A stretch of DNA of 63,785 bases, the filler included, from Guillardia theta CCMP2712 (lineage: Eukaryota; Protista; Cryptophyta): assembly GCF_000315625.1 (NCBI RefSeq). It is 6 parts of 6 records of this genome, joined end to end, with 100 filler letters (N's around TTAATTAATTAA, not from the genome) between each part and the next. Parts side by side here need not be neighbours in the genome. Positions count along the whole stretch, not along the records: positions 47,700 to 54,152 come from NW_005434546.1; positions 54,253 to 58,356 come from NW_005434143.1; positions 58,457 to 60,298 come from NW_005434110.1; positions 60,399 to 63,785 come from NW_005434668.1; 2 more parts are not named here. One strand, written 5' to 3'. The notes beneath the pieces are model-generated. The model saw only the letters and a program-made list of their open reading frames with translations, had not been told where the DNA came from and made no database searches. Numbering within the stretch: the stretch's first letter is position 1; each line of letters starts with the position of its first letter. A program made the position numbers and the translations under genes. Below, in pieces: positions 52,604 through 63,785 of this stretch.

Positions 52604-54152
52604 ATGATTTTTCAGCTGCTGGCTGCCCTGGCTATCGTCTCCCCTTGCTCCGCGTACCTCTTCCCCTCTTTGGCTCCCCACTCCTATTCCTCGTTGCTCC
52701 CTCGTGTAAACTCACAGCTCTGTCCTTTTCCTCGCACTAGTTCTGCAGTTTTTGGGCTCAATCGTCACGTGAGAGCAGAACAAAGAAGTTTTGGAGCTGC
52801 TTCCGCCTTGAACATGGTCACTATCAGCGACCTTGACGAAGAGTACGAGATCGACTACAGACAGGCTGACTTGACGGGCCAGCGGCTGTTCGTCACTGGC
52901 CTTCCCTCCTCCATGGACGATCTTCGGCTCTACCTTGCGTTCGAGGGTTTCGGAACCATCCTTGAGGCGCACGTTGCGAAGCCTGGGCTGGGTTTCGTTG
53001 TGTTTGAGGACCCGGAGACTGCAGACGATGCTCTCGATGCCATGGCGAACACGGAGATCTCGGGGAAGGAAGTTCGGGTACAGGCTTGTTGAGGCGGTAT
53101 TTGGTAGGTGACGGGAGTACGGCAGGTGAAGCGAGCTCGATCGTTCTACATCAAGAAGGAGGAGGAGGCGCGGCTGAAGATGGCGAAGATGGCTAAGGAC
53201 CGTGAGATGAAGATGAAAATGATCGCGATGGAACAGAACGAGAGGGCCAGGATGCTTGAGGAGGAGCACTACATCGATGTAACTCCAAACATCTCCTTGC
53301 CCCAAATCCTGAAACTGTTTGCAGTCGCACCTGTCATCCCAGAGACCTCTCAGTGCGCACATGAGGGACTTTGACCCCCGCTTCAAGAAGAGAGCTATCA
53401 TCCAGGTGCTGGCAGTCCGCGTGCTGAAGAGAACGAGGGTTGATCTTTGCAGCAGGAGATGCACGATGAGGGGATGCTGAGCAACGTCTATGAGAACATC
53501 ACGTTCGTGAGGAGGACGACTGAGGCCGCCCTTGCCAGTGTTGCTCAGGGAAAGGCTGCTATGGGGCATTCTGCTATGGGGCAAGAGCGTCGGTGGGTTC
53601 ATAACAACCTGATCTCCCCCATCATCATCATCATCATCGGTGTCCCTTTCATCCTCATTTTCGTCATCTCCTTCACTCCCTATGACCGCGCTCCGACATC
53701 CTCGCTTTCGCTGTCTCATGACTGAGTCCAATCTGGCAGCATGGCCAGCTCGCTCTACAGTGAAAGAAGCCGCATGATGAACGCGATGAACAAGAAGACG
53801 TTTCAGTCTTCCCCCAAGGAGTCCGACGAGGAGCGAATCAGGAGACAAGCCATGATTGAGATCATGAAGGAGGGCGACAAGCTCACTAAGTCTGGCCTGA
53901 AGGTTTTCTCCTCCTCCTGCTTTACCCCCCTCCCCTTCCCTCACTCACTCACCCCTTTCCCCCCCCCCCCCCCCTCTCTCGCTCTCTCGCTTCCTCTCTC
54001 CCTCGTCTTGCTGGTTATCTTGATTTTTTCCACTTCCCAGCCTTCTGTAGTCCTTGTTGTTCATTTTGCCTCGGCTGCTCGTTTGGTCGTGATCTTTGAT
54101 TTCATCAGGAAGTTGACTCCTTCGACATCGACATGGCGAAGTTGATCCGAGA
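52604..54152 (+). CDS. RRM RNA-binding protein with bipartite (signal + transit) plastid-targeting presequence, multi-exon, 3' truncated
   Basis: MIFQLLAALAIVSPCSA|YLFPS followed by an S/R-rich transit-like stretch; RNP2 RLFVTGL, RNP1 GLGFVVF, ISGKEVRV. Confidence 0.8.
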
Positions 54153-55685
54153 NNNNNNNNNNNNNNNNNNNNNNNNNNNNNNNNNNNNNNNNNNNNTTAA
54201 TTAATTAANNNNNNNNNNNNNNNNNNNNNNNNNNNNNNNNNNNNNNNNNNNNCTCAATATTGCTTTCAACCAGCCATCGCCATACTATCAAAGAGCATCT
54301 CGAATGTTTCAACGCATCTATTACATGATCCATGAAAACTTGCTTCCAATCGGATGAAGCACATACCTTCCCCTCCCCTCCAGCCATTGCAACGTGCTCC
54401 CTGGAAGGAACGCCACTTCATACCCCGACACGCCATACAGAATACATCGGTGACAGGGGTATTGTCGCTGCAGAACAATCAGAAGAGAACGATTTATCCC
54501 ATAGAAACATTCAGACCTTCATCAGTGTCTCCTAAACAGCCAACAGCACACCACGCGGCTTGAAAGCTCCTTGCTCCTGATATTTGTTGTGTTATAGCGA
54601 GGCGTGCTGAACGCTAGCCCAGGATGCGAGCTCTGACCACGAGATTGAAGAAGCGAAGAGCTATAAACTCATTACATCCCGCCACCTCCAGTCAGCCAAC
54701 TGCTCATTTGGTTTGGAGACAGGTCATCTTTCTGTGTAAGGACATGGTAGGTCCAAACAGTTTCCTTCCGTCGCTGGCAGCCTTCTTGTTTGTCCTCTGC
54801 CGAGTGGCGAAGAGAGAGCGCAGGAGCATGCTCGGATCGATGCAGCAACCCAGTCATAGTCTGAAACCTCGGGGATCAGGGAGGGAGGGAGGGAGGGAGG
54901 GAGGGAGGGAGGGAGGGAGGGATGGGACCGGCGGGTTTCAAGGAGGGAGGGAGGGTACGGAATGTGAATTGTTTTTAAAAGGGTATTCATTCACCGACCC
55001 CCAATTTTCCGCTCGATGACAGGGGTGATTAAAAAATCTTCTTTTTTTTATTCATTTCTTTTTATATTTTTTTATCCAGTCGCAATCCACGTGACACCTC
55101 AAACACAGTTAATATTATTTTTAATTAATTGAAAAGAGGCTTTATGAGGTATAGTTTTAGCTGAAACGATGCTTCTCAACGACGGTTTCCGAGGGGGTAG
55201 GGTTCTTTGTGGTTGCTCTGAACAATGATCACGTAAAGCCAAACTTACTACGGGTCTATTTCATATAGAAAATGACCCGTTCTACGCGGACACAACCCCA
55301 CCCCCTGAAACATTTTAGCCCTCCGATGGCTGAAAGTCAAAAGTCTTATCTGGGGGTGGGGTCATGGGAGAGGAGCGGAGGAACGTGGCCTTCAAGGTGT
55401 TGAGGGGAGTGGAGGAGGAGGGGAGGAGCGGGGGGACCAAGGAAGAGAGCATGGGGAGGAAGCAAGAAAGTCGGAGGTGAAGTAACCAAGACAAAGGAGG
55501 AGGAAAGATTGTTATGCAGGGGATAGGAAGAATGTGCAGGAGATAAGAGGAACGTGCAAGGGAAGGTAAGTAGGGAGAGAACCGTTTTCTCCTGTGTATC
55601 TCAACATGAGATATTTATACATGACATCAGTTTCAAGTCGCCCTAGAAACGGAAAGGAGGTGAAAGTTGAGAAGACAGACATAGA

Positions 55686-57073
55686 ATGCCAGTCACGGAG
55701 ATAGAAGACACTAGAACAGGGAAGGGGGAAAAAGAGAAGCGCTTGAGGCAGAAAATGTCCCAATACGAAGATCTTCTTCGCCCAAGACGTTTCTTGCCAC
55801 ATTCTGACATCACTTACCTTGCAGCGGATGCATGGGCACAAGCGAGCCCCCAGGGTGATCTCCTCCTCCTTCCCCTTCCCCTCCTGCTCCTCCTCCTCCT
55901 CCTGCTCCTCCTCCTCCTCCTCCTCCTCGTCAGCGATCGTTGCATGTTCCCTCGAGTGCATGTGTTCCCTCGGAAGAAGCGAGGAGAGGCTCAGAGGACG
56001 AACCCCCTGGCCCTTACCCTCAGCGACGTTGAAAGTCTCTACCACATGAAGCAAGACGATGCCGCAGCTCATCTGGTGCGATCTAGTGACGACCTCCTCC
56101 TTCCTTTCCTCTTCCTTTCTTCCTTCCTTTGTTCTTCCATTCTTCTTCCTTTCTTCTTCCTCCCATTCTTCTTCCTTCCTTTGTTCTTCCATTCTTCTTC
56201 CTTTCTTCTTCCTCCCATTCTTCTTCCTTCCTTTCTTCTTCCTTCCATTCTTCTTCCTTTCCTCTTCCTTCCATTCTGTAACCACCCGTACTGATGGGGC
56301 TCTCTCGGCCACCAGGGGTGTACTTTCCTCTTCCTTCCTCTTCCTGTCCTCTTCCTTCCTCTTCCTTTCCTCCTTTTGTCTTTCCTCTTTCCTCCTCTTT
56401 CCTTGCCCTCCTGCCTGCCTGCCTGCCTGCCTGCCTTAACGTCCCTCTCCTCGTCTCTTCTACTCCCTCCTCCCTGACTTGCATCCCCCAGGGCATCTCA
56501 GTCACTGCTCTGCGTAACGCGTGCAGGCGTCTTGGTATCAACAAGTGGCCGTACACCAGAAATCAGGACGAAGCTTCCTCCTCCTCTCCTCGACACTTGG
56601 AGGTGCTGGCAGGCGGCTCGTCATCACCAGTGGCAGCAGCAGGAGCACCTGGAGGAGCGACAGGAGTATCAGACTTCTTCGCCACTCGTTCCGTACCACC
56701 CTCGTTGGCTTTTCCTGTTGAAGTTCCTCCCCACCAGCAAGCAGTCTTGTCCTCCTCTGGTGCCCCAGTCTCTGTCAGCTCCTCCTCTTCCTCCTCCGCT
56801 ACCAAGCTTGTTCTTCAAGTACCCTCCCCTCAACCCCGTCTTCCTTCTCCTCCTCCTTCCTTGCAGCCGCTTTCAGGCTTGCAAGATGGCGGCGTACGAG
56901 GGCAAGGAGGGGCAAGAAGCACTCAGTTAACCGGGGATACTGTCCTGTTCTCAGCCATGCAGGGCGGCGGGTCATCGCTGGAGGGTGTGGGGCATGCGGC
57001 GGAATTTCCTCCTCCGTCAAGGAATTTCATTGAGAAATACGTCGCCGATGACGATGACGATGATGAGATCTGA
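55686..57073 (+). CDS. RWP-RK domain transcription factor, domain split by a pyrimidine-rich intron
   Basis: VHVFPRKKRGE...LTLSDVESLYHMKQDDAAAHL | intron ~56076-56491 | GISVTALRNACRRLGINKWPY. Confidence 0.88.
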
Positions 57074-57986
57074 CCAAGATGCACTCGGATTCAGGTTGGA
57101 TGATGATGATGATGATGATGATTATCGTGAGCATGAGGAGGACGAGGAGGTCGAGGAGGACGACGAGGACGACGAGGAACGTTTGTACAGACGTCGGGTA
57201 TCCATCTTTTTCGTAATTTTCTAGGGTTTCAATCAGTCTGACTGATATCTCGAAAGCTTACCAAGGAGAGGAGGAGGGACAGGGCAGAGCTCGAGGCTGG
57301 CGGAGGGGAGAAGCTGTAAAGTTTTGGGGGATTCTTACATGATACATTCTTTTCTGCTGTGATTCAAACAATACTTTGAGTTTGGTTGACATACTTTACA
57401 TATGAAGTTGTAAAGAGCTGATTCATTTCTTGATTCATTTCTTGATTCAATTTTCTTGCTTCATTTCTTGATTCACTTTTCTTGATTCGTTTGTTTCCTT
57501 CTTGTGGCAAAACTCCGCAACACTCTTTCATCTCACGTTCATTCATCAACAATCGAGAGCATGTCTTGTCTTCTGGAACTCTCCATGCTGAATCTCCCAT
57601 TCTACCTTCATTGTTCTCCTTCACCCTTTCCACTTCGCCCGCTCGCCTCCCCCCCAACACAACCACAGGATCCTCCTCAAACCCCTCACATTCTCCCCGT
57701 AACAACAACTTCGATTTCTTCCCTGCCCTCCTCCTCCTCCACCACCACCTCACTCTCCTCCTCTACCACCACAACCACCGCCTCCTCTTCCTCGTGTTCG
57801 TCCTCGTCCTCCTCCCCCTCCTGCTTTTTGAAGTTTTACAAAAAAACTATTTACAGCGTAGCAACTTCACTACTCTTACACTTCGTCGTCAACATTACCT
57901 CCAGGTGCCCTCAATGAATTTGACACAATCCCATTACTATCCACACAGAATTTCTCCTTCTGCTCCTGCTCCTCTTCCTCCTCTTT

Positions 57987-58032
<46 letters not shown>

Positions 58033-59063
58033 GTCCCTTCCCTTCTCCTCCTTCCCCTTCCTCCCTCCTCCCTCAGTTAGAGTCCGAGTCCGAGTCGTCT
58101 CCCATGGTGGAGCGGTCAAACACAGTACTCGGAGTCTGCGGCGACAGTCAGCAAGAGCAAGGAAAGCCTCTGCTCACCTCAGACACTGCTGGGCCGATGT
58201 GGGGAGACGTAGTGGGGAAGGAGGAGGGCGAGGAGTAGGAGGAGATGGGACGAGTCGCCGGAGATCCGTTGAACGAGGAGGAGGAGGGGTCTTCGGGCAG
58301 CCCTTTCTCCCTCCGATCGCTCTCTGGAGGAGGAGTGAGTGGGTTAACGGCTTCTCNNNNNNNNNNNNNNNNNNNNNNNNNNNNNNNNNNNNNNNNNNNN
58401 TTAATTAATTAANNNNNNNNNNNNNNNNNNNNNNNNNNNNNNNNNNNNNNNNNNNNCGTCGTAGTACACCTTCCATGCATATGAAAGTACTTCAGGCTTG
58501 TAACATGACGCGAAGGCGTCGTGCTTCAGCTCCTTCGCCACTCTTTTTTGAATGATTGGAAGTTTTCTTTTGTCGTACACCAAGTCTCCAGAAAGCATGT
58601 CATGCGAAGTTTTGCTTGTCTGTCGAGGGGGAATCGTCTGATTCTCTGTAGCGGGCATCTGTTCCTTACCGACTGGCTCTTGCAATATGGTTTTTCTTCC
58701 TTGCTCGTTCGAATGCGCCTCTGCTTGCTGGGAACTCTTCACTACATAGCAGACAGGGGTGGGTAGGTTCTGCCAATGTCATAATAAAGTAATGGGGTGG
58801 TATTGAATTTGGTGGGGTAGGGGTCTAGATAAAGGACTCTGCAAAGGGATATTATACTGAGTTGGATATGTACCTCCATGGATTGAAGGTATGATTTTAC
58901 AGGGGTAGTTCTAAATTTATTAAGGGGTAGGGGTGGGATCCGCAGGGTTTGGCAGAAAGTTATGGGTATTATGGGTAGGAGGTTTCTTCCGGATCATATT
59001 ATTATGTATCCGATTTTCGGGTTGTACCAGAATTTATGAAAGTTTATAGTTCGCAATAAATTT

Positions 59064-60298
59064 CCCATAAAATTTGCGCAATGGCTTCAGAAGAGGATGA
59101 AAGACGGTGCTGTGAGCGATTCTGAGTAGATGAGAGCATTCTTTTCCTCTTTACATCATAGCTAGCCATATGACAATGGGATGTATGATGTACACAATGA
59201 TCTTGAACTACAATCTCACGATTCAAATCTCATCAATATATTGCCACATCGCAAGGAAAGAGACAACCTCAACTCCTTAGTCCACCATCACCTTCGTTCT
59301 TCATTCCTACACGTCCATTACCACTCATTTTTTCTGTGGAATATCGGCACTTGCGTACGTCATATGTTTTGCTATAAAATCTGTCACTGTAATCATCTCA
59401 TTCGTCTAACTACTGGTTCTCAACGATGCAATCCGTCTTGTTCTCTGCACCAGGTCGCTACAGACTGCCAGGTCCGTCGTTGCCTCCCTTCTTTCCTCGG
59501 TAGTTTCAAGCATTCCACGCACTGCTTGAAGATTTCCTTGGTTTCCTCCATGGTTGCGTTCTCCTTATACACTCCTTTCTCCTGTGCACATTGGTCTATT
59601 TTGCCCATCAGATACCTGAAGTCACTCAAACGTTTCCTTGCATTCTGGTCGGCAAAATCACTCGGTTCCAGGTTTTTGAATGGTGGATACCCTTTTTCTG
59701 CATTTCCTTGCATCCACCACTCGTAAGCCACATCAACGAACATCTTTGGCCATAAAAAATCTTCTGGCAGAAGGCGAATGCGTCGACCCCAGTTGTATCC
59801 GTTCACCTGCAATGCTCCACTCTGCTCAACTTGTGCAGGCTGTCTTGGACTGCTTTGACAGTCTGCCCTCCCATTCACCTGTCTCATCAGGACCTCTAAC
59901 ATATCCTCCATATGACGAAATCGAGTTGTCATCTCTTCCACTTTTTGAAGCACAATTGGCATCATCATCCCTCCGCCGATATTTCCAACACAGTGACTCT
60001 GCTCCATGTTGCCATTGTTCACTGAGTTTGATGCCATCAGACTGATGTCTGTTTGCGTATCAGCGTTTCTACCTCCTTCCTGCTAGCTTCAAGCCNNNNN
60101 NNNNNNNNNNNNNNNNNNNNNNNNNNNNNNNNNNNNNNNNNNNNNNNNNNNNNNNNNNNNNNNNNNNNNNNNNNNNNNNNNNNNNNNNNNNNNNNTTGTT
60201 ACATGCGCTGGAATGCCTGTACACCGTCTGCCATCGCCCTCGATTGTCACCATTTTCTTCATTCGTTGAAGAATTCCTTGTTGCGTGAACAGGCAAGT
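59064..60298 (-). mobile_element. Crypton-like (CryptonS-type tyrosine-recombinase DNA transposon) C-terminal fragment
   Basis: Minus strand 60196-60298 encodes LFTQQGILQRMKKMVTIEGDGRRCTGIPAHV. ORF 59420-60037 encodes YNWGRRIRLLPEDFLWPK...EWWMQG...PPFKNLEPSDF...RKRLSDFRYLM...RRTWQSV. I recognise both from oomycete Crypton-type proteins. The recombinase core is not in the window. Confidence 0.62.
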
Positions 60299-60599
60299 NN
60301 NNNNNNNNNNNNNNNNNNNNNNNNNNNNNNNNNNNNNNNNNNTTAATTAATTAANNNNNNNNNNNNNNNNNNNNNNNNNNNNNNNNNNNNNNNNNNNNGG
60401 AGGAGGGAGAGAAGCCGGAGCAGGACCTTCCTCCCTCATTGCTATGCCTAATGCTGCCATCGAGCTGCCCTCGTGCTCCAGTGACTCCTGTAAGATTCGG
60501 GTCACGTCGGATGAGAGAGCAGCTGACGGGACATGGAGAGGAGTATCGACATGATGAGAGCTCTCGCCGCAAGGTCAGGTCTCTCCGTCACGTAACACA

Positions 60600-61200
60600 A
60601 TAACGGCCATGGCAGGGGAGCTGTTCAGGGAGGTGTGGGTCCCGGATGGCAGAGTCTCTCAGTCGGGAGTCACTGAGTGGCAAGTTACCGCACTTGAACT
60701 TTACTACTGAGTCTTCTAAGTTCAGTCCGAAAGTGATTGAGCCTGAGTCCGGCCCCCGTCAGTCCGAGCCGGGTCCAGGTGTCGGACGACTCGTCACCGG
60801 CCGAGGCCCTCGGGCCTCGGCCCGCCCGCCCGCGGCCCGCCCGCCTGATCGGACGGCGGCGCTAAGTTTTACGGCGGCGACAATTTACAGGCAGCCTGAC
60901 GGTAAATTTCGGAAACGCCACAAGGAAGCGCCCGGCCACTCAGGGCAGGTCCACGAGGCTGCGCCTGCCGAGTCACCGTGCCAGTGGCACGACAACAAGG
61001 CTTGAAGTTAGTCACTGCCAGGACTTAAACTACTGATGTAGAAATCGAACTACAGCCGCTCGGAAAGCCAGAGGCTCAGCTCAGGCTGAGTCATCACTGT
61101 CACGTAACGGCCAGAGAGACAGGACCGTGACGCTGACAACCGTTTGGCCTTCTATCGCGCCGATTCGATTGTCCAGAGGCCCCCGACTGATATGGAGAGG
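60600..61200. other. GC-rich intergenic island 5
   Basis: CCGG/GGCC core with GAGTC/CAGTG/AAGTT words; GATCGGACGG (60847) and AAGTTTTACGGCGGCG (60864) resemble motifs in islands 1 and 2. Confidence 0.55.
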
Positions 61201-61615
61201 TCCTCGGGGGCAGCGATGCTCCATTACCCCTGAATTAGTGTGAAGGAGTAAGGTTCCAATTCTGCACGGCAAGAAAAGATACAACAATAATACGTCACCC
61301 CCCGTGACGGTTTTTAGCCGGTCAGAATGCTGACCACCCCTCCTTTCCCCTCCTAAACCACCCTTCCCAGAAACGATACGGGGTGGCGAGCTGTGACTAA
61401 ACGGAGAAAACGCACCGGTTGGATCAGCAAATAACGCATCGATTCAGCCTATTGCCCCTCCTCTTTATCCTACTAGCTCGCACTCCCTCGCCTGCTCCCT
61501 CCCCACACAGCCGCCCACCGCCTCCTCCCAGTCTGTCCTCCTTCCCGTCCACCTCTCAGCTTGCCTCCCGGCTCCCGGCTCCCTTGCTCCCTTGCGATCG
61601 TGACCTCCGCCTCAA

Positions 61616-61857
61616 TGCAGCTCCCGTCCCATGACCTCGCCCTGTCGCTGGCAACCCAGCGCTCAATCCGCGTTCGCAACGTCCAGTGGACTACCGCCCG
61701 ACATGCAGATAGCAGCATCGACCCGACGCAGTCGAGTTTTGTACTGGCAAACATCCTCCAAGCCCGCAAGAAGTCCTCGCAGCAGCACGCCGGTCAGGCG
61801 GAGTGGGATATCTCGGACAAAGCGATCGGAGACCGGATGGAGCGGGGTGGTGGATGA
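61616..61857 (+). CDS. Hypothetical small protein
   Basis: Open frame MQLPSHDLALSLATQRSIRVRNVQW... with coding-like GC3; no domain recognised. Confidence 0.25.
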
Positions 61858-62626
61858 TTTGCAGGCATCTGAGTTCTAGTGTACTTTAGCAGGAGTGTAC
61901 TTTGTATCTAGACGGGCGTCTAGAAGTGTGTATCAATAGACTGATTGCGTGTGTATCCAAAGCAAGACAGCAGACCCACATCAAGGAGACACGCTTGCCT
62001 CATATCTTCCTTAGGACAGAGGATGAGATTTCGCGCGCGTGAAACTCGGCACATGGCATCTTTTGTCAGCATGCTCACGACGTGAAAGCAGCGAGGCATG
62101 CGGCGGGCATGGAGGAGTGCCTTTTGTGTGTAGCAAGTACATGTGATGAGTTCAAATGAGGCAAAGTTGAAGTACAAGTCATCGTGGATTCGTTGGTTGC
62201 AATGGAACAACTGCAAGGGAAAGGGCTGATTTGATTTATTTGAGATGATAAAAGACAAAAATTGTCATATGAAGCATCGAGTGAAGGGGATCTTGGTAGG
62301 GAACTGCTGGGATCTGAACTTGCAGTCTAGAGCAAAACAAACTACCGTGGAGGTCACTCTCTTGCGAGCAGTCCTGCCCTTCTCTGTCCTGTCCTGTTCC
62401 AGTCTTTTGTCACATTCTGTCTGAGAATTTTCATTTCGTCTCGTGGGGTCTCATTTCGAACCCTTCCACCTTGCCTCGCTCATCCCACATGCTATCCATT
62501 TAGCTTGTCTCCATCCCCCCCCTCCTCCCCTCCCTTCCCTCCCTCCTCCGCCCTCCCTCCCTCCCTTCCCCTCGACTCCTCTCGCCTCCGTTGTCGTTTC
62601 ATCTCGTTTCGATCATATCATATCTT

Positions 62627-63020
62627 ACCATACCATACCATACCATACCATACCATACCATACCATACCTTACCATACCTTACCATGTCGTATCATATCA
62701 GATCAGATGATACCATCTTTTTGTCCCTTCTAATATAGACTTGTCTTACATTGCTTCAGATTTGTTGAGACACTACTCCCTGCATCATTCTCACTGCCCC
62801 CATGATTGTCATTACCACCATACCATATCTCGTCTCGTCTCGTCTCGTCTCGTCTCGTCTCGTCTCGTCTCGTCTCGTCTCGTCTCGTCTCGTCTCGTCT
62901 CGTCTCGTCTCGTCTCCTCGCCTCTCGTCTCATCGCCTCCCCTCCCCTCCCCTCCCCTCCCCTCCCCTCCCCTCCCCTCCCCTCCCCTCCCCTCCCCTCG
63001 CCTCCCCTCGCCTCCCCTCC
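62627..63020. repeat. Cluster of pentamer microsatellites (ACCAT)n, (TCGTC)n, (CCCCT)n
   Basis: Directly visible at 62627-62668, 62830-62915 and 62936-63020. Confidence 0.95.
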
Positions 63021-63672
63021 CCCCTCCTCCTCCTTCCTACTGTTTCGGCATGGTAGCCCCAGGACCGATGCTCCGATGTTTGCTAGGCCATTGCACGCCG
63101 ATGTTTGCTAGGCCATGCACGGGTGGGGTGGGTATGGGAGTGAAGCAGTTGGGGGTGGTCGGGTCATATATCTTTCTCTGATGATAGGTGGGTACTTCTA
63201 GGGTGATGAATTGGGGTCATTATCCTTGTTGTTGAAAATTGGTGGGGTGGGGTACCTCTTGGGGTACGGGTTGCCCGATCTAAAATGGTGGCAGGGTGGT
63301 CATGAAAATGGGGGTAGTGAGCATGAGGCAGGGGGTAGTGTTTCGGGGGTATAACAATGATCCCTGAATATCCCTACAAAAGGTGGGTCCATTCAGGTAG
63401 AAGTAGGGGGTGAAGGTATCAAAATATTCTAAGTGGTCATCACAGGAGGGTAGGGGTGGGAGCGGGGACGGCGCCAGGATCCCTTCCCAGATGCACTCCG
63501 GCAACTCCGTTGCCTTGATCAGCCATCCTTCTCCTCCTCTCCTCCTCTCCCTCCTCATCCACCCATCGTATCATCATCATCCTCCTCCTCCTCCTCCTGC
63601 TCCTGCTCCTCCTCCTCCTCCTGCTCATCCTCATCCTCATCCTAAACCCTTCTCCTCGTCCTCGTCCTCGTC

Positions 63673-63720
<48 letters not shown>

Positions 63721-63785
63721 CTCGTCCTCCACCACCACCTCCTCCTGCTCCTCCTGATCCTCCTCATCCTTCTCCTCCTCCTGCT

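Noticed and set aside
52712-53944. 410-aa minus-strand ORF (similarly 9254-10012, 1067-1651 and 32600-33109)
   Set aside because: Antisense or alternative-frame shadows of well-supported genes.
58457-58742. Minus-strand ORF fragment next to the Crypton-like element
   Set aside because: Truncated by a linker, no recognisable domain, and separated from the element by a host-type GGGGTA cluster; it cannot be assigned.

Overview
Gene-dense eukaryotic nuclear DNA, most likely from a cryptophyte alga related to Guillardia/Hanusia. That assignment is inferred from ~42-60 nt GT-AG introns, two RWP-RK genes with an FPR(R/K)K extension, a 'YGVS.KT.RDIW' HTH-like protein, a bipartite plastid-targeting presequence and abundant intronic microsatellites. 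Five N44-TTAATTAATTAA-N44 spacers look like artificial contig joins, so synteny across them is not established. Recognisable genes: GDA1/CD39 apyrase, TOM7, mitochondrial ribosomal protein S6, two PDZ proteins, GDPD, an MFS transporter, a beta-helix (PbH1) protein, a TPR protein, Rab3GAP catalytic subunit, a sulfotransferase, an LRR-BTB protein, cardiolipin synthase, two RWP-RK factors, tRNA-Gly(TCC), a PH/coiled-coil protein, a WLM-UBA-PUB (Wss1-like) protease and an RRM protein. There is also the C-terminal part of a Crypton-like element. The most interesting signals are four. (1) A recurrent GC-rich intergenic island sits between divergent genes and carries a shared AACTTAACTTTGAGTAAAG motif and GTAC-containing inverted repeats. 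(2) TOM7 and MRPS6 form a probable bicistronic unit. (3) A CryptonS-like remnant has a candidate recombination end. (4) GGGGTA motif clusters mark upstream intergenic regions. Multi-exon gene boundaries were read by eye and are approximate.
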